Assembly: GCA_043228905.1 (NCBI GenBank) | Contig: JBHGNT010000004.1 | Location: 21,576,001-21,640,000 of the forward strand | Length of the DNA stretch: 64,000 nucleotides | Source: Azolla caroliniana | Lineage: Eukaryota > Plantae > Polypodiophyta | Reading direction: 5' to 3' | Shown: piece by piece, positions 12,592 to 24,900 of the stretch | Layout: every line of letters begins with the position of its first letter | Numbering within the stretch: position 1 is the stretch's first letter | The notes under the pieces: model-generated | Databases searched by the model: none | Seen by the model: the letters and a program-made list of their open reading frames with translations, nothing else | Told to the model about the DNA's origin: nothing | Translations under genes and position numbers: made by a program

Positions 12592-14701
12592 ATGATGAGG
12601 GGGTCGGATCTTGCAGAGGCCATGGCTTCGGCCGTGGATCGGATATTGAGCACACGCAAGGGCACCGGTGCTCTCGACAGAGCCATTGAGGCGGTCGTCG
12701 GTACGATCGGCCGTTTCAGTGGGAAGGATGCTACGAAGTATTTGGCGTCCTACGGGGCGGAAATGCTAATGCGGGACATTCCGGAAGAGAGGCGTCTTGC
12801 CGAGTTCCCTCGAGTGGCGATGCCGAGCATCCATGCTGAGGTGCTCGAGGTACGGGCGGAGAGCCGTACCTGGGAGGAGTTCGAAGGCCGACTCCTAGAG
12901 AAATATGGGCTGGACGACGCGCTCCGGCTTTCGAAACGGGACTTCATGGAATGGGTGGAGTTCCCCGGCAAGGAAAGAAACGCGTCGGCACTCCTCCGGG
13001 AGTTCGAAGAACGCTTTGCGCGCCTTTCGGCGCTTGACCGAACCATTCTGGATACGAGCCGGGTCCTACTGTTCGTCAAGTCGGTGGACGAGCGGGACCG
13101 GGATCAAGTCGGCTCCTTGCTGGAAACTGAAGACGGGCTGACAACCGATTGGGCTGCGGTTAAGAGAGTCTGTGGCCGTTTCGACAAACGGCGAGAATGG
13201 GCTGACAACGGGGCGGCAGGTGCGGGCTCTGTTACAACAAGGAGGCTTGAACCGGCACCGCAAGTGCGAAGGGAAGAAACCCGGGAATGGCTCGAAAACG
13301 GTCCGGCTTCGACCAGCATGGTCAATGGCTCGTCCGGAGGAGCCGCGCTAGAGGAGTTGACGCGGGCGATAAAGGATCTCCAGATCGCCGAGACTCGAAG
13401 GGAAGGCGGTGAGCCGGCTCGTGACCGATGGCCGGCAGCGGGGAACAGGTGCATGTGGTGCGACGAGGTCGGCCACATTCGGAAGGACTGCGGCGATTTC
13501 GCAGAGGCGTTGAGAAACCGAGCGGTGTACCTGTGGGAAGGCCGGGTGCACGCTGGCGACACCAGGAGGGCCCTGAGCCGAAACGACGGGCAAGGAGGTA
13601 TGAAGAGATTGATGGAAGAGGCAGGGGCCAGACACGTGGAGGCCATCCACTACTCGGCGTCGGCCGGTATTCGGGTCGGGGGCAGCGAGACCCGAAAGGA
13701 GAGCAAAGACGGTTTCTGGTCGGCAATGCTGGAAGGCCTCGCCGGCGCGCGACTGAGGAAAGATGAAACGGACCACACTGAGAGACGGGTCCGAGAAATA
13801 ACCGGGTGGAGCGATCCGGTCGAGGAGAAGACGGGCTTCGTAGAAGCCGCTTGCCGGAACTACGAGGCTCTGGTAGAAGACAAACGAGTGGGGAAAGTCG
13901 GAGCGACCGGGCCCTCACAACGGTACGAGACCCAATTCGGACAACAACGGAACGATGCCGATGGGCCCGGCCCGCAAGATAACCCCAGGAAGGGCGGGTA
14001 TCGACTGGGGACAGAAATAGAAAGGACTACGGACCTACGGAAGGTCCTAGAGGAACGGATCCTCGACAGCAAAGTGGAGCTGTCATTGCGAGAGGTGCTA
14101 GGGATCGCCAAGAAGGAATTCCACGACTCCATTGTGGACCTGGTGAAACGGAAGAGGTTGTCAATGGAGACGGATGCGGAAAGACCGGTAGAGGTGCGGA
14201 CGACGCACATCGACGACTCGGCGCTGGCAGATGAGTGGGCGGAGAGCCACTATTCGAGGCCACACTGGGCCCGAGCGACCACGGAGACCCCGGTAAAGAT
14301 CGGAGATGTTCGGGAACCGGTGGTGGCGTTGGTGGACCACGGTACGGAAATAAACCTAATGTCCATGGACTTCTATAAGAAGGGGAAGTGGCCGATCAAC
14401 ACCAAGCACGGGTGGAAGATACGGGCGGCGACGCGCGCCACCGAGGAACGTGCGAGTCAAGATCGGCGACATCGAGGTTGACCAACACTTCTTCGTACAG
14501 GAGACGTCTTCGCATCCGGTCATATTAGGGGAACCATACATCACGGCGGCGAGAATGGAGACCAAAGTGCTGGACAACGGTTTGGCCTACGCGAGGGTCA
14601 AAAGCCAGGACGGGCGCCATTCGGTGCAATTTTTGACGGTACGGCCGAACCACGAGAGAAACCGCGAATCCCTCGGTGGCGAGAGCCGGGAGGATTTTTA
14701 G
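12592..14701 (+). pseudogene. Element C gag-protease (one frameshifting deletion near 14447)
   Basis: ORFs 12229-14481 and 14450-14701; colinear with the element F ORF 23026-24801. Confidence 0.88.
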
Positions 14702-17700
14702 AGAGGGCTGCCAAGGCGTGGGGCCGAGACAGCCCGGACACTCGGAAAAGACCCCACGATTGTACGATAGGTAGGGGATTTTGCTTCTCCGACAGCGGAG
14801 GGTGTATGATGGTCGGCATCGTTGGCCGAGAAAAGACAAGGGTGGAAGAGCGACTTCAAGCATGCGGAGTTCTTGGCCCGGACGAGGAAATCAGCGGAGC
14901 CGTGGAGGCGGTCTCCTTCGACGACACCTTGGGGATGCTGAGGAAGGTTGCCGGAGAAGACCTTAACGAAGACCGGACGATATCGGTATGTTCCGAAGAG
15001 ATGTACGAAGTCATCGCGGACTTCAGTCGGGGGCTTGGGTCGGATCGGACGGCCCGAGTTAGCACAAAGTACAATACTGTGGACCGGAAGGTAAGGCCAG
15101 TCGCGGCACCCTTACCGGAGGGCAGCGAGTCCCGGATCAGAGGGGTTGCGTCGGACCCCAGTTTACGAGATCCGGCCGGCATAGGACACACCTTCACCGA
15201 CGGGACGCTCCGGGAGCTCAAAATCGGTGGGAGCGGGTTCCTACTGCCGGCGGAGGAAGACCGGTTTCGGAGGATGCTCGGAAGGCACGGGAAAGCCTTC
15301 GCATTCTCACCGGAAGAGATCGGGTGCGTAGACCCGACGATCGTGGAGCCGATGGTGATATTCACGGTACCGCATGTACCGTGGAATCTCAAGCCGATTC
15401 CAGTACCGAGAGCTCACATCCCAAATTTGATGGAGCTATTGAGGCAGAAAGTCGATATGGGTATTCTCGAACCGTCGAGCGCCCCATACTCGAACCGATG
15501 GTTTACCGTACCGAAGAAAAACGGAACGTTGCGTTTCATTCAGGACCTGCAGCCGGTCAACAGAGTGACCATTCGAAACGCAGGAATCGGACCGACCATA
15601 GACGAGTTCGCAGAGGCCTTTGCCGGAAGGTCGATTTACTCGGTCGGTGATCTGTACTCAGGGTACGACCAGTTCCAGCTAGCCGTGGAGAGCAGAGACA
15701 TTACGACGATGCGAACTCCCCTCGGCCTAGTGCGAATGTGTACCCTGCCACAAGGAGGGACCAACTCGGTGGCCCACATGGTGAATGCAATGAACAAAGT
15801 ACTGAGGGATTGCATCCCGGACATCACCATGCCATTTCTAGACGACATCCCCATCAAAGGGTGCCCGGTGGAAGAGAAGGACGAGACACTCGGGCCGGAC
15901 GGATGCCGGCGATTCGTAGCAACACACATCGACGACTGCGAGAAGGTGCTACAAAGGCTAGAGGATGCGAGGCTCACCTTCTCCGGGGAGAAATCGGCCT
16001 TCGGGCAATTAGAAATCCTGGTGGTCGGGCACCTATGTGGACCATATGGCCGGAAGCCGTCTCCGGCAAAGGTAGAAGCCATCTCCGCGATGAAGACCGA
16101 CTGTAGCTCGGTTACGGAAGTTCGGAGGTTCCTCGGGGCATGCGCGTTCTACCACATATGGATCCCGCATTACGCCCACATTGCGGAGCCGCTATACGGG
16201 CTGTTGAAGAAAGGGCAAAAATTCGAATGGCGAGACGAGCATACGGAGTCGGTCCGGAAGCTGAAGGAAGCTCTTGCGGCAGCACCGGCGCTCCGGAAGG
16301 CTGTTTACGGGAAGGGTACCCCGGTATACATAACGGTGGATACGAGTCCGACCGGGATCGGATGGGTCGTCAACCAAGAAGACGAGGACGGCATTCGGTT
16401 CCCGATCCGATTCGGCACGAAGGTCCTCAGTGAGCGACAGCGAGGGTACGCCCAGGTTAAACGTGAACTCTGGGGTATCGTTTCGGCAGTAAAGGCCGAC
16501 AAAGACTACCTGATCGGGGCAGAAGTGATTATCGAGACGGATTGCCTGCCAATTCTCGGCATGGTTTCCGGATGCGCGACACCGGACCTGGCAAGTCCCT
16601 GGACCCGGAGATACGACACATTTCCGGAAAGGACAACGCCATGGCCGACATGCTTTCGTGGGCGAGGTTTGATGACGAGGGCGGCATGGTTTCGGAGGAC
16701 GAAGAAGTCGGCGTGGACTTCTTCGAGTCGGCGTACGTGACGACCAATGGGACGAGCACTCCGGCACTTAACGACTTCGACGAGAGCAAGTACGACGGCG
16801 AGTGGCTCCAGATCGGTGGATTCTTGAGGACAATGACGCTGGATGCGTCATGGACAAAGGACGAGGCCAACCAGATCCGGAAGAAAGCTTACCGATTCTT
16901 TCTCCGGGACGGATACTTATGGAAGCACCCGAAGAAGAGGGACGGCGCTCCGCTCCGGGTGGTGGCGATGAAGGAAGAACAGGAGGAGCTGCTGACGGCC
17001 TACCACGACAGCCCTTGGGCCGGGCACCGTGGAACCTGGGCCACGTTCGAGAAGATAAAAGGGAAGTACTGGTGGCCGGGACTGTACCGGGACGTGCATC
17101 GATTCGTGACAACTTGCGAAAGCTGTCAGATGCACTCCATAGTCCGACATCGGGACGAGCTTCACCCTACGTACCCTCCGACCATCCACTTCAAATGGAT
17201 GGTAGATCTGGTGACGATGCCGATGGGAGTAGGACAGATGCGGTATCTGGTCCTGACTCGGGAAGATCTGACGAACCAGGTAGAAGGCCGGGCCCTTCAG
17301 AACAAAACGACCGCGGCCGTATGTCGGTTCCTGATCGAAGACGTGATATGCCGGTACGGGTGCGTTGGGAAGATTGTGGCCGATCGCGGGGAGTTGGACG
17401 CCGAAGAGGCCGAGGAACTGTTCGACTAGCTAGGAGTCAAGCTCTCGCTTACCACTGCGTACAATCCCGAGGCGAATGGAAAGGTGGAGCGCGGACACGG
17501 ACCGATCGTCCATGCGTTAGTTCGGTCATGCGGAGGTCGAGTCGGGAACTGGCCGCGGCTACTGCCTTACGCGTTGTGGGCTGACCGGACTACGCACAGT
17601 TCGGTAACCGGATTCATGCCGGCAGAGCTCATGTTTGGGCAGAAGCCGATCATGCCGATCGAACGTACGGTCTCCTCATGGGCAACCGTGGACTGGAGAG

Positions 17701-18140
17701 ACGAGATGAGCCGGGAGGAACTGCTGACGGCGCGCATACGACAGCTCGAGCGGAGACCGGAGGACGTGGAGCAGGCTGCGGAAAAGCTTCGGGAAGCAAG
17801 GATGAGGAACAAAGCCCGGTTCGACCGAACACACCGGCTCCGACCAAAGAAGATCGAGGAAGGCGAATGGGTGCTAGTCTACAACAGCAGCCTCGACAAC
17901 CAGCACCGAGCAACGCGGAAGTTCGCAAGAAGGTGGTTCGGGCCTTACGTGGTACAAAGCGCCAACGACAACGGGACATACCATCTGGCGGAACTCGACG
18001 GTACGAGAATAACGATACCGGTAGCCGGGAAGCGGATCAAGGCGTTCAAGAAGCGTCACGACGACGAGCCGGATCAGGTTGACTTGGATCGCGACGACGA
18101 GCGGTCCGAAACCGAGGAAGAACCGACGGGCGGGGAATGA
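14692..18140 (+). pseudogene. Element C pol (RT-RNase H-integrase), -1 frame to ORF1, with a deletion near 16592 and a stop at 17427
   Basis: ORFs 14806-16740, 16542-17429, 17484-18140; HHCC zinc finger and GPY motif. Confidence 0.9.
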
Positions 18141-19759
18141 AGGCTGGACCGGTTTCCTCTGTCCCAACTCAATTTGGCGCATGCCGGTGGATGCGCGGTT
18201 AGGTGGGGGCGGATGTCGTGAAGAAAACCGTCCACAAGCGGAATCGGTGTACGGGAGCGCAGAAACCGACTCTTCATGCACGCGCGCCTTAAGTTGTACA
18301 TAGGAGATCCTAGGTAGATTCGGTAGGTAGGGAGTGAAGGGGGGGAAATGGCTCCTTCCTTGCCTATAAAAGGGAGGGGGATGAGGAGAGTAGGGGATCG
18401 CGGAGAGTCGAGGACGAGGTGCTGTCGGATTGGGCGCGAGGGCTTCTCTCTCTCTCTGGTTCGCAGACTCCATAGCTACCTTCTGTGCAGGTTTCGGGAG
18501 GCTCGCGCTGCTCTGAGGAATGCCCGAGTGCTTCCGGCAGCACCTCCAACTTGTTCCTGTCTTTCTGTGCGTTTACGAACAGGTATCGGCATCTGTCCGC
18601 CGGCCTGTTCGGTTGTAACCGACTTCGTGTTTTGTTGTCTTCGTGTTCTTGTTGTTTGTCTTGTCAATACATACATACTTTCGTGTCTTTCTGTGTCGCT
18701 GTCCCACTCGCATCTTTGCTTCGAAGGGCTGTGTCCCTGTGAATCTACGCTCGCACGTAGCGGGTCTCTCTCTCTCTCTCTTACTCTTCGGTACAGGACC
18801 CCCGAGGTCCCGCCTCACTCTACGCATCCGCGAGGAATACCTCGACAACGCGCACGTCGCCGAACCACTCTACGGCTTGCTAAAGAAGAGCAGGAAATTT
18901 GAATGGACAAAGGAACATATCGAGGCGGTCTGTGACGAGAAATATGCGGAATAATCTCCCGTCACAACCGAAGCGTAGATCACTTGATGACAATCAAACA
19001 CAGAAGAAATGGGAATGGAGGTAAGTACACAAAATAGAAAGAGAATACATAGGATATTAACGTGGAAAACCCTAAGTGGGAAAAACCACCGGAGTCCACA
19101 AACTCCAAACTATCACTATGTCAAGTAATACAATAGGGAGCATAGAGGCAAGGACCTCTTGCTCACAATCTTCGCCTAGCGGCGGTTACAACAGAGACAC
19201 AATCTTTGTATATTGCTCTCTCTCTCACTCTTACGCACTATACAGAAGTTACACCAATAACTCTATAATTAATCTATTGAGTTTGCCCTAGGTCATATTT
19301 ATATTGATATGACTTTCGGGCTATTTACAAATATAGCCCCAGCGGGCTCTCTGGAACATATTTACATATATGTCCCTTCCATCCGATGAGAGGTTCTCAC
19401 CGGGCCTACAACTTCCGGTTCTCACCGGGTCTTCCTTGCCAGGTACTCGTCATCCTGTTCTCACCGGGTCTTCCGTGCCGGGCCTTCGTATCCCATACGG
19501 AGGGACCGAGATCCTAACAAGCTCCCCCTTCACTCCGGCATGGGATGCCTCGACAGTCCAATTCGCTTTCGGCATGCGTCGAGCTTGTCGGGTGTCAACA
19601 CCTTGGTCAACATATCCGACCCGTTCTCCTCTGTGTGGATCTTCGTCAGCACGAACTCTCGGTCTTCTACTTGCTCCCGAATCCAGTGGTACCTCCGCTG
19701 GATGTGCTTCGTCCTAGAATGATACGCTGCGTTCTTCGCAAGGTGGATGGCACTTTGAC

Positions 19760-19995
19760 TGTCGCAATAGAGCTGGTATTCCTCTTGCCGGATCCCTAGC
19801 TCTTCGATGAAGTCCTTCATCCATAGTATTTCCTTGCCGACTTCCACAGTCACCATGTACCCTGCTTTCGTGGTTGATACCGCAATAGAGCTGGTATTCC
19901 TCTTGCCGGATCCCTAGCTCTTCGATGAAGTCCTTCATCCATAGTATTTCCTTGCCGACTTCCACAGTCACCATGTACCCTGCTTTCGTGGTTGA
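19760..19995. repeat. ~118-bp tandem duplication in the copia E RNase H
   Basis: CGCAATAGAGCTGG...TTTCGTGGTTGA occurs twice in tandem. Confidence 0.85.
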
Positions 19996-20578
19996 CAACG
20001 CAACCGTCTTCTGCAGCCTCGATTGCCACGAAACAACTCCTCCCGATATGTCATGACATATCCGGATGTTGACCGGCTGGTATCTGCATCAGGCGACATA
20101 TCCGAATCGGTGAAACCGTCAAGTTGGGGATTACCAGAGCCGAATCGGAGACACATACTTGAGGTGCCTATCAAGTATTGGAGTATCCATTTTACCGCCT
20201 TCCAGTGCTCCTTGCCGGGATTGCTCATAAACCTGCTCACCACTCCGACTACATATCCGATATCTGGTTGGGTACACACCATTGCGTACATTAGGCTCCC
20301 GACAACAGAGGCATATGGTATCTTCATCATATCCGCCTTCTCTGCCTTCGTCTTCGGGCTTTGCTTACCGGATAACCTGTAGTTTGCCAGAAGTGTCGAT
20401 CCGACCGGTTTCGCATCTGACATGTTGAACCGCTGAAGCAACTTTGTCACGTACTTCTCCTGTGACAGCCACAATTGCTTCGTTGGCCGGTCCTGGATGA
20501 TATGCATCCCCAACATTTGTCGTGCCAGACCCAAGTCTTTCATTGAGAAGGTCCAGTTCAGGGTCTTCTTCAGCATCC

Positions 20579-21110
20579 TGTTAGGAAACAGGTCCCTCCG
20601 GATGGGAAGCGACAAGAACCGTGTTGATGAGCAACTCGGCCGAGGCCGAAACCGGAAATCGTGGAGATAGCCAACACGGAAGGCTAAGTTTGTAAATAGT
20701 CTGAATATGCCCCCTGTGTGCTAAACTTCTAAATAGTCGAAAGGTTACTTTGGGCAATCATGTTAGATAAGTGCGTTATTGTAAAGTTACTGTCGACGAT
20801 GTTGTTGCCTCTGTAATTGTGAGAGTGAACGAGTGTGAGTGGAAGCGTGTGAGCTCCATAGCCACCTATTGGTGAAGTAGGATCTCGAGGTCGTTGCCTC
20901 TGAGATCGCTGATTGTATTCCTTTCTCTCATAATGTTCTGTTTCGGAGTTTGTGAACTCCACGTGGTTTTTCCTAGTTCGGGTTTCCACGTTAAAATCTA
21001 TGTCATTCTCAGTTTCTGTATTCTGTCTTTCCTTTCCATTAGATTGACTATTATTCCGCACACGTACAACCGGTTGTGGTCGACAACAATTTTAACTTCA
21101 CATCCGTATC
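20579..21110 (+). mobile_element. Solo LTR G (copia-like, 532 bp)
   Basis: TG...CA ends; exact 5-bp TSD CATCC; start resembles the copia E LTR start. Confidence 0.88.
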
Positions 21111-21990
21111 TTGACTTGGTCTCGACCAACAATCAACATGTTGTCCATGTACAAGAGGAGTATTAGATCTCCTCTTTGAGGTTGCCGTGGAGGAGTCTAA
21201 CTGCTCTACCTCGAGGTCCATGCTTGCCGCTATGCTGAGCACTATCCGGATGGAAGTCATCTTTACTACCGGGGCAAATATCTCGTCGAAGTTCACGCCC
21301 TTCTTCTGCTGGAATCCCTTCACCACGATCCTAGCTTTGTACCTTGGAGGGTTGCCAACATCTCCCGGTTTCAACTTGTACACCCACTTGTTTCGAAGTG
21401 CCCTCTTTCCTTTTGGCAACTCCACCAATTCATACGTGTGGTTCTCATGCAGGGAATCCATCTCGTCCTACATGGCACTCAACCACTTGCGGCTATGGGT
21501 GTCATCCTTCACTTCTTTGAAGCTTTCCGGCTCCCCTCATTGGTCATCAGCACATGCTCTGCATCCGGAAATCTCCGGGGGGCCCTTCTCTCTCTGAGAG
21601 GATATCTCCGTCTTTGGCTTTCGGCAATCGGCTCCTCTATTTGTTCTTCATCTAAATCCGATTCGGGGTCTTGGCCAGTTCTGGTTTCAGCTTCCTCTAC
21701 TTCTTCTTTTGCCGGTTCGGTATCCTCACCGTAACCAGCTGGTTCCTCGAGTATCAACCGGCTCTTAGCCGTGTGGGTTCGAATCTCATCGAAGTTCATT
21801 ATCTTCTTCTCCGACTCCCAATCGGCAAGAGTCTTGTCCTCCATGAAGATAATATCTCAGCTCCGGAAAATCTTCTTGTCAACTGGATCCCACACTCGGT
21901 AGCCGAACTCATCATCGCCGTATTCGAGGAATATGCATGGCCGGGGCTTTGGATCCAACTTTCCTCTCCAGTCCTTAGCAACATGCACGT

Positions 21991-24900
21991 TGTCGTGAAG
22001 AAAACCGTCCACAAGCGGAATCGGTGCACCGGAGCGTAGGAACCGGCTCTTCATGCACGTGCGCCTTATGTAGTACATAGGAGATCCTAGGCGGGCAGAT
22101 TCGGTAGGTAGGAAGTAAAGGGGAAACAGCTCCTTCCTTGCCTATAAAAGGAGGAAGACGAGGAGGGAAAAGGGATCGCAGAGAGTCGAGGACGAAGTGT
22201 TTTCGGTTTGCGTGCGAAGGCTTCTCTCTCTCTCTCTAGTTCGCAAACTCCATAGCTTCCTTCTGTGCAGGTTTCGGGAGGCTCGCGCTGCTCTAAGGAA
22301 TGCCCGAGTGCTTCCGGCAGCACCTCCAACCTGTTCCTGTCTTTCTGTGCGTTTACGAACAGACATCGGCATCTGTTCGCCGGCCTGTTCAGTTGTAACC
22401 GACTTCGTGTTTTTGTAGCTTCCGTGTTCTTGTTGTTGCCTTTGTTAATACATACATACATTCGTGTCTCTCTGTGTCGTTGTCCCACTCGCGTCTTTGT
22501 GTCGAAGGGCCGTGTCCCTGTGAATCTACGCTCGCACGTAGTGGGTCTCTTGTCCTTTCTCTCTTGCTCTTCGGTACAGGACCCCTGAGGTCCCGCCTCA
22601 TTCCACGCATCCGCGAGGAATACCTCGACATCTTTGGTGAACCCGACGTGAAGGAGGTGGCAGAAGAGCAGAAGATGAAAGGGTCGGATCTTGCGGAGGC
22701 CATGGCTTCGGCCGTGGATCGGATATTGAGCGCACGTGAGGGCTCCGGCACCCTCGACAGAGCCATTGAGGAGGTCGTCGGTACGATCGGCCGGTTCAGC
22801 GGAAAGGATGCCACGAAGTATTTGGCGTCCTATGGGGCAGAAATGTTGATGCGGGACATTCCCGAAGAGAGGCGTCTTGCCGGGTTTCCTCGAGTGGCGA
22901 TGCCGAGCATCCCTGCGGAGGTGCTCGAGGTGTGGGCGGAGAGCCGTACCTAGGAGGAGTTCGAAGGCCGACTCCTAGAAAAATACGGGCTGGACGACGC
23001 GCTCCGGCTTTCGAAACGGGACTTCATGGAATGGGTGGAGTCCCCCGGCAAGGGAAGAAACGCGACGGCACTCCTGCGGAAGTTCGAAGAACGCTTTGCA
23101 CGCCTTTCGACGCTTGACCAAACCGTTCTGGATACGAGCCGGGTCCTACTGTTCGTCAAGTCGGTGGACGAGCGGGACCGGGACCAAGTCGGCTCCTTGC
23201 TGGAAACCGAGGACGGGCTGACAACCGACTGGGCTGCGGTTAAGAGAGTCTGTGGCCGTTTCGATAAACGACGAGAATGGGCTGACAACGGGGCGGCCGG
23301 TGCGGGCTCTGTCACAACAAGGATGCTTGAACCGGCACCGCAAGTGCGAAGGGAAGAAACCCGGGAATGGCTCGAAGCCGGTCCGGCTTCGACCGGCATG
23401 GTCAATGGCTCATCCGGAGAAGCAGCGCTAGAGGAGTTGACGCGGGCGATAAAGGATCTCCAGATCGCCGAGACTCGAAGGGAAGGCGGCGAACCGGCTC
23501 GTGACCGATGGCCGGCAGCAGGGAACAGGTGCATGTGGTGCGACGAGGTCGGCCACATTCGGAAGGACTGCGGTGATTTCGCAGAGGCGTTGAGGAACCG
23601 GGTGGTGTACTTGTGGGAAGGCCGGGTGCACGCCGGCGACACCAGGAGGGCCTTGAACCGAAACGACGGGCGAGGAGGAATGAAGAGACTGATGGAAGAG
23701 GCAGCGGCCCGACACGTGGAGGCCATCCACTACTCGGCGTCGGCCGGCATTCGGGTCGGGGGCAGCGAGGCCCGAAAGGAGGGCAAAGACGGATTCTGGT
23801 CGGCAATGCTGGAAGGTCTTGCCGGCGCACGGCTGAAGAAAGATGAAACGGACCGCGCTGAGAGACGGGTCCGGGAAATAACCGGGTGGAGCGATCCGGT
23901 CGAGGAGAAGACGGGCTTCGTAGAAGCCACCTGCCAGAACTATGAGGCTCTGGTAGAAGACAAACGAGTGGGGAAACCCAGAGCGGTCGGGCCTTCACAA
24001 CGGTACGAGACCCGATTCGGGCAACGACGGAACGATGCCGGCGGGTCCAGCTTGCAAGATAACCCCAGGAAGGGCGGATACCGACTGGGGATGGAAATAG
24101 AAAGGACTACGGACCTACGGAAGGTCCTAGAAGAACGGATCCTCGACAGCAAAGTGGAGCTGTCATTGCGAGAGGTGCTAGGGATCGCCAAGAAGGAGTT
24201 CCATGACTCCATTGTAGACCTGGTGAAACGGAAGAGGCTGTCGATGGAGACGGAACCGGAAAGACCGGTGGAGGTGCGGACGACGCACATTGACGACATG
24301 GCGATGGAAGACGAGTGGGCGGAGAGCCACTATTCGAGGCCACACTGGGCCCGAGCGACCACGGAGACCCCGGTAAAGATCAGAGATGTTCAGGAACCGG
24401 TGGTGGCATTGGTGGACCACGGTTCGGAAATAAACCTGATGTCCATGGACTTCTATAAGAAGGGGAAGTGGCCGATCAACACCAAGCACGGGTGGAAGAT
24501 ACGGGCGGCGACGCGCGCCACCGAGGAACTGCATGGGGCCTTCCCTAACGTGCGAGTCAAGATCAGCGACGTCGAGATTGACCAGCACTTCTTCGTACAG
24601 GAGACGTCCTCGCACCCGGTCATATTAGAGGAACCATACATCACGGCGGCGCGAATGGAGACCAAGGTGTTGGACAACGGTTCAGCCTACGCGAGGGTCA
24701 AAAGCCAGGACGGGCGCCATTCGGTGCAATTTCTGACGGTGCGGCCGAACCACGACAGAAACCGCGAATCCCTCGGTGGCGAAAACCGGGAGGATTTTTA
24801 GAGAGGGCTGCCAAGGCGTGGGGCCGAGACAGCCCGGACACTCGGAAAGGACCCCACGACTGTACGATAGGTAGGAAATTTTGCTTCTCCAACAACAGAG

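Larger units (their letters stand above)
8388..18847 (+). mobile_element. Trp-primed gypsy element C inside the RT of B (5' LTR 8388-12550 split by D; 3' LTR 18214-18847)
   Basis: Exact TSD ACGC; PBS 12555-12572; gag with CMWCDEVGHIRKDC, PR, RT (PFLDD), RNase H, integrase. Confidence 0.95.
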
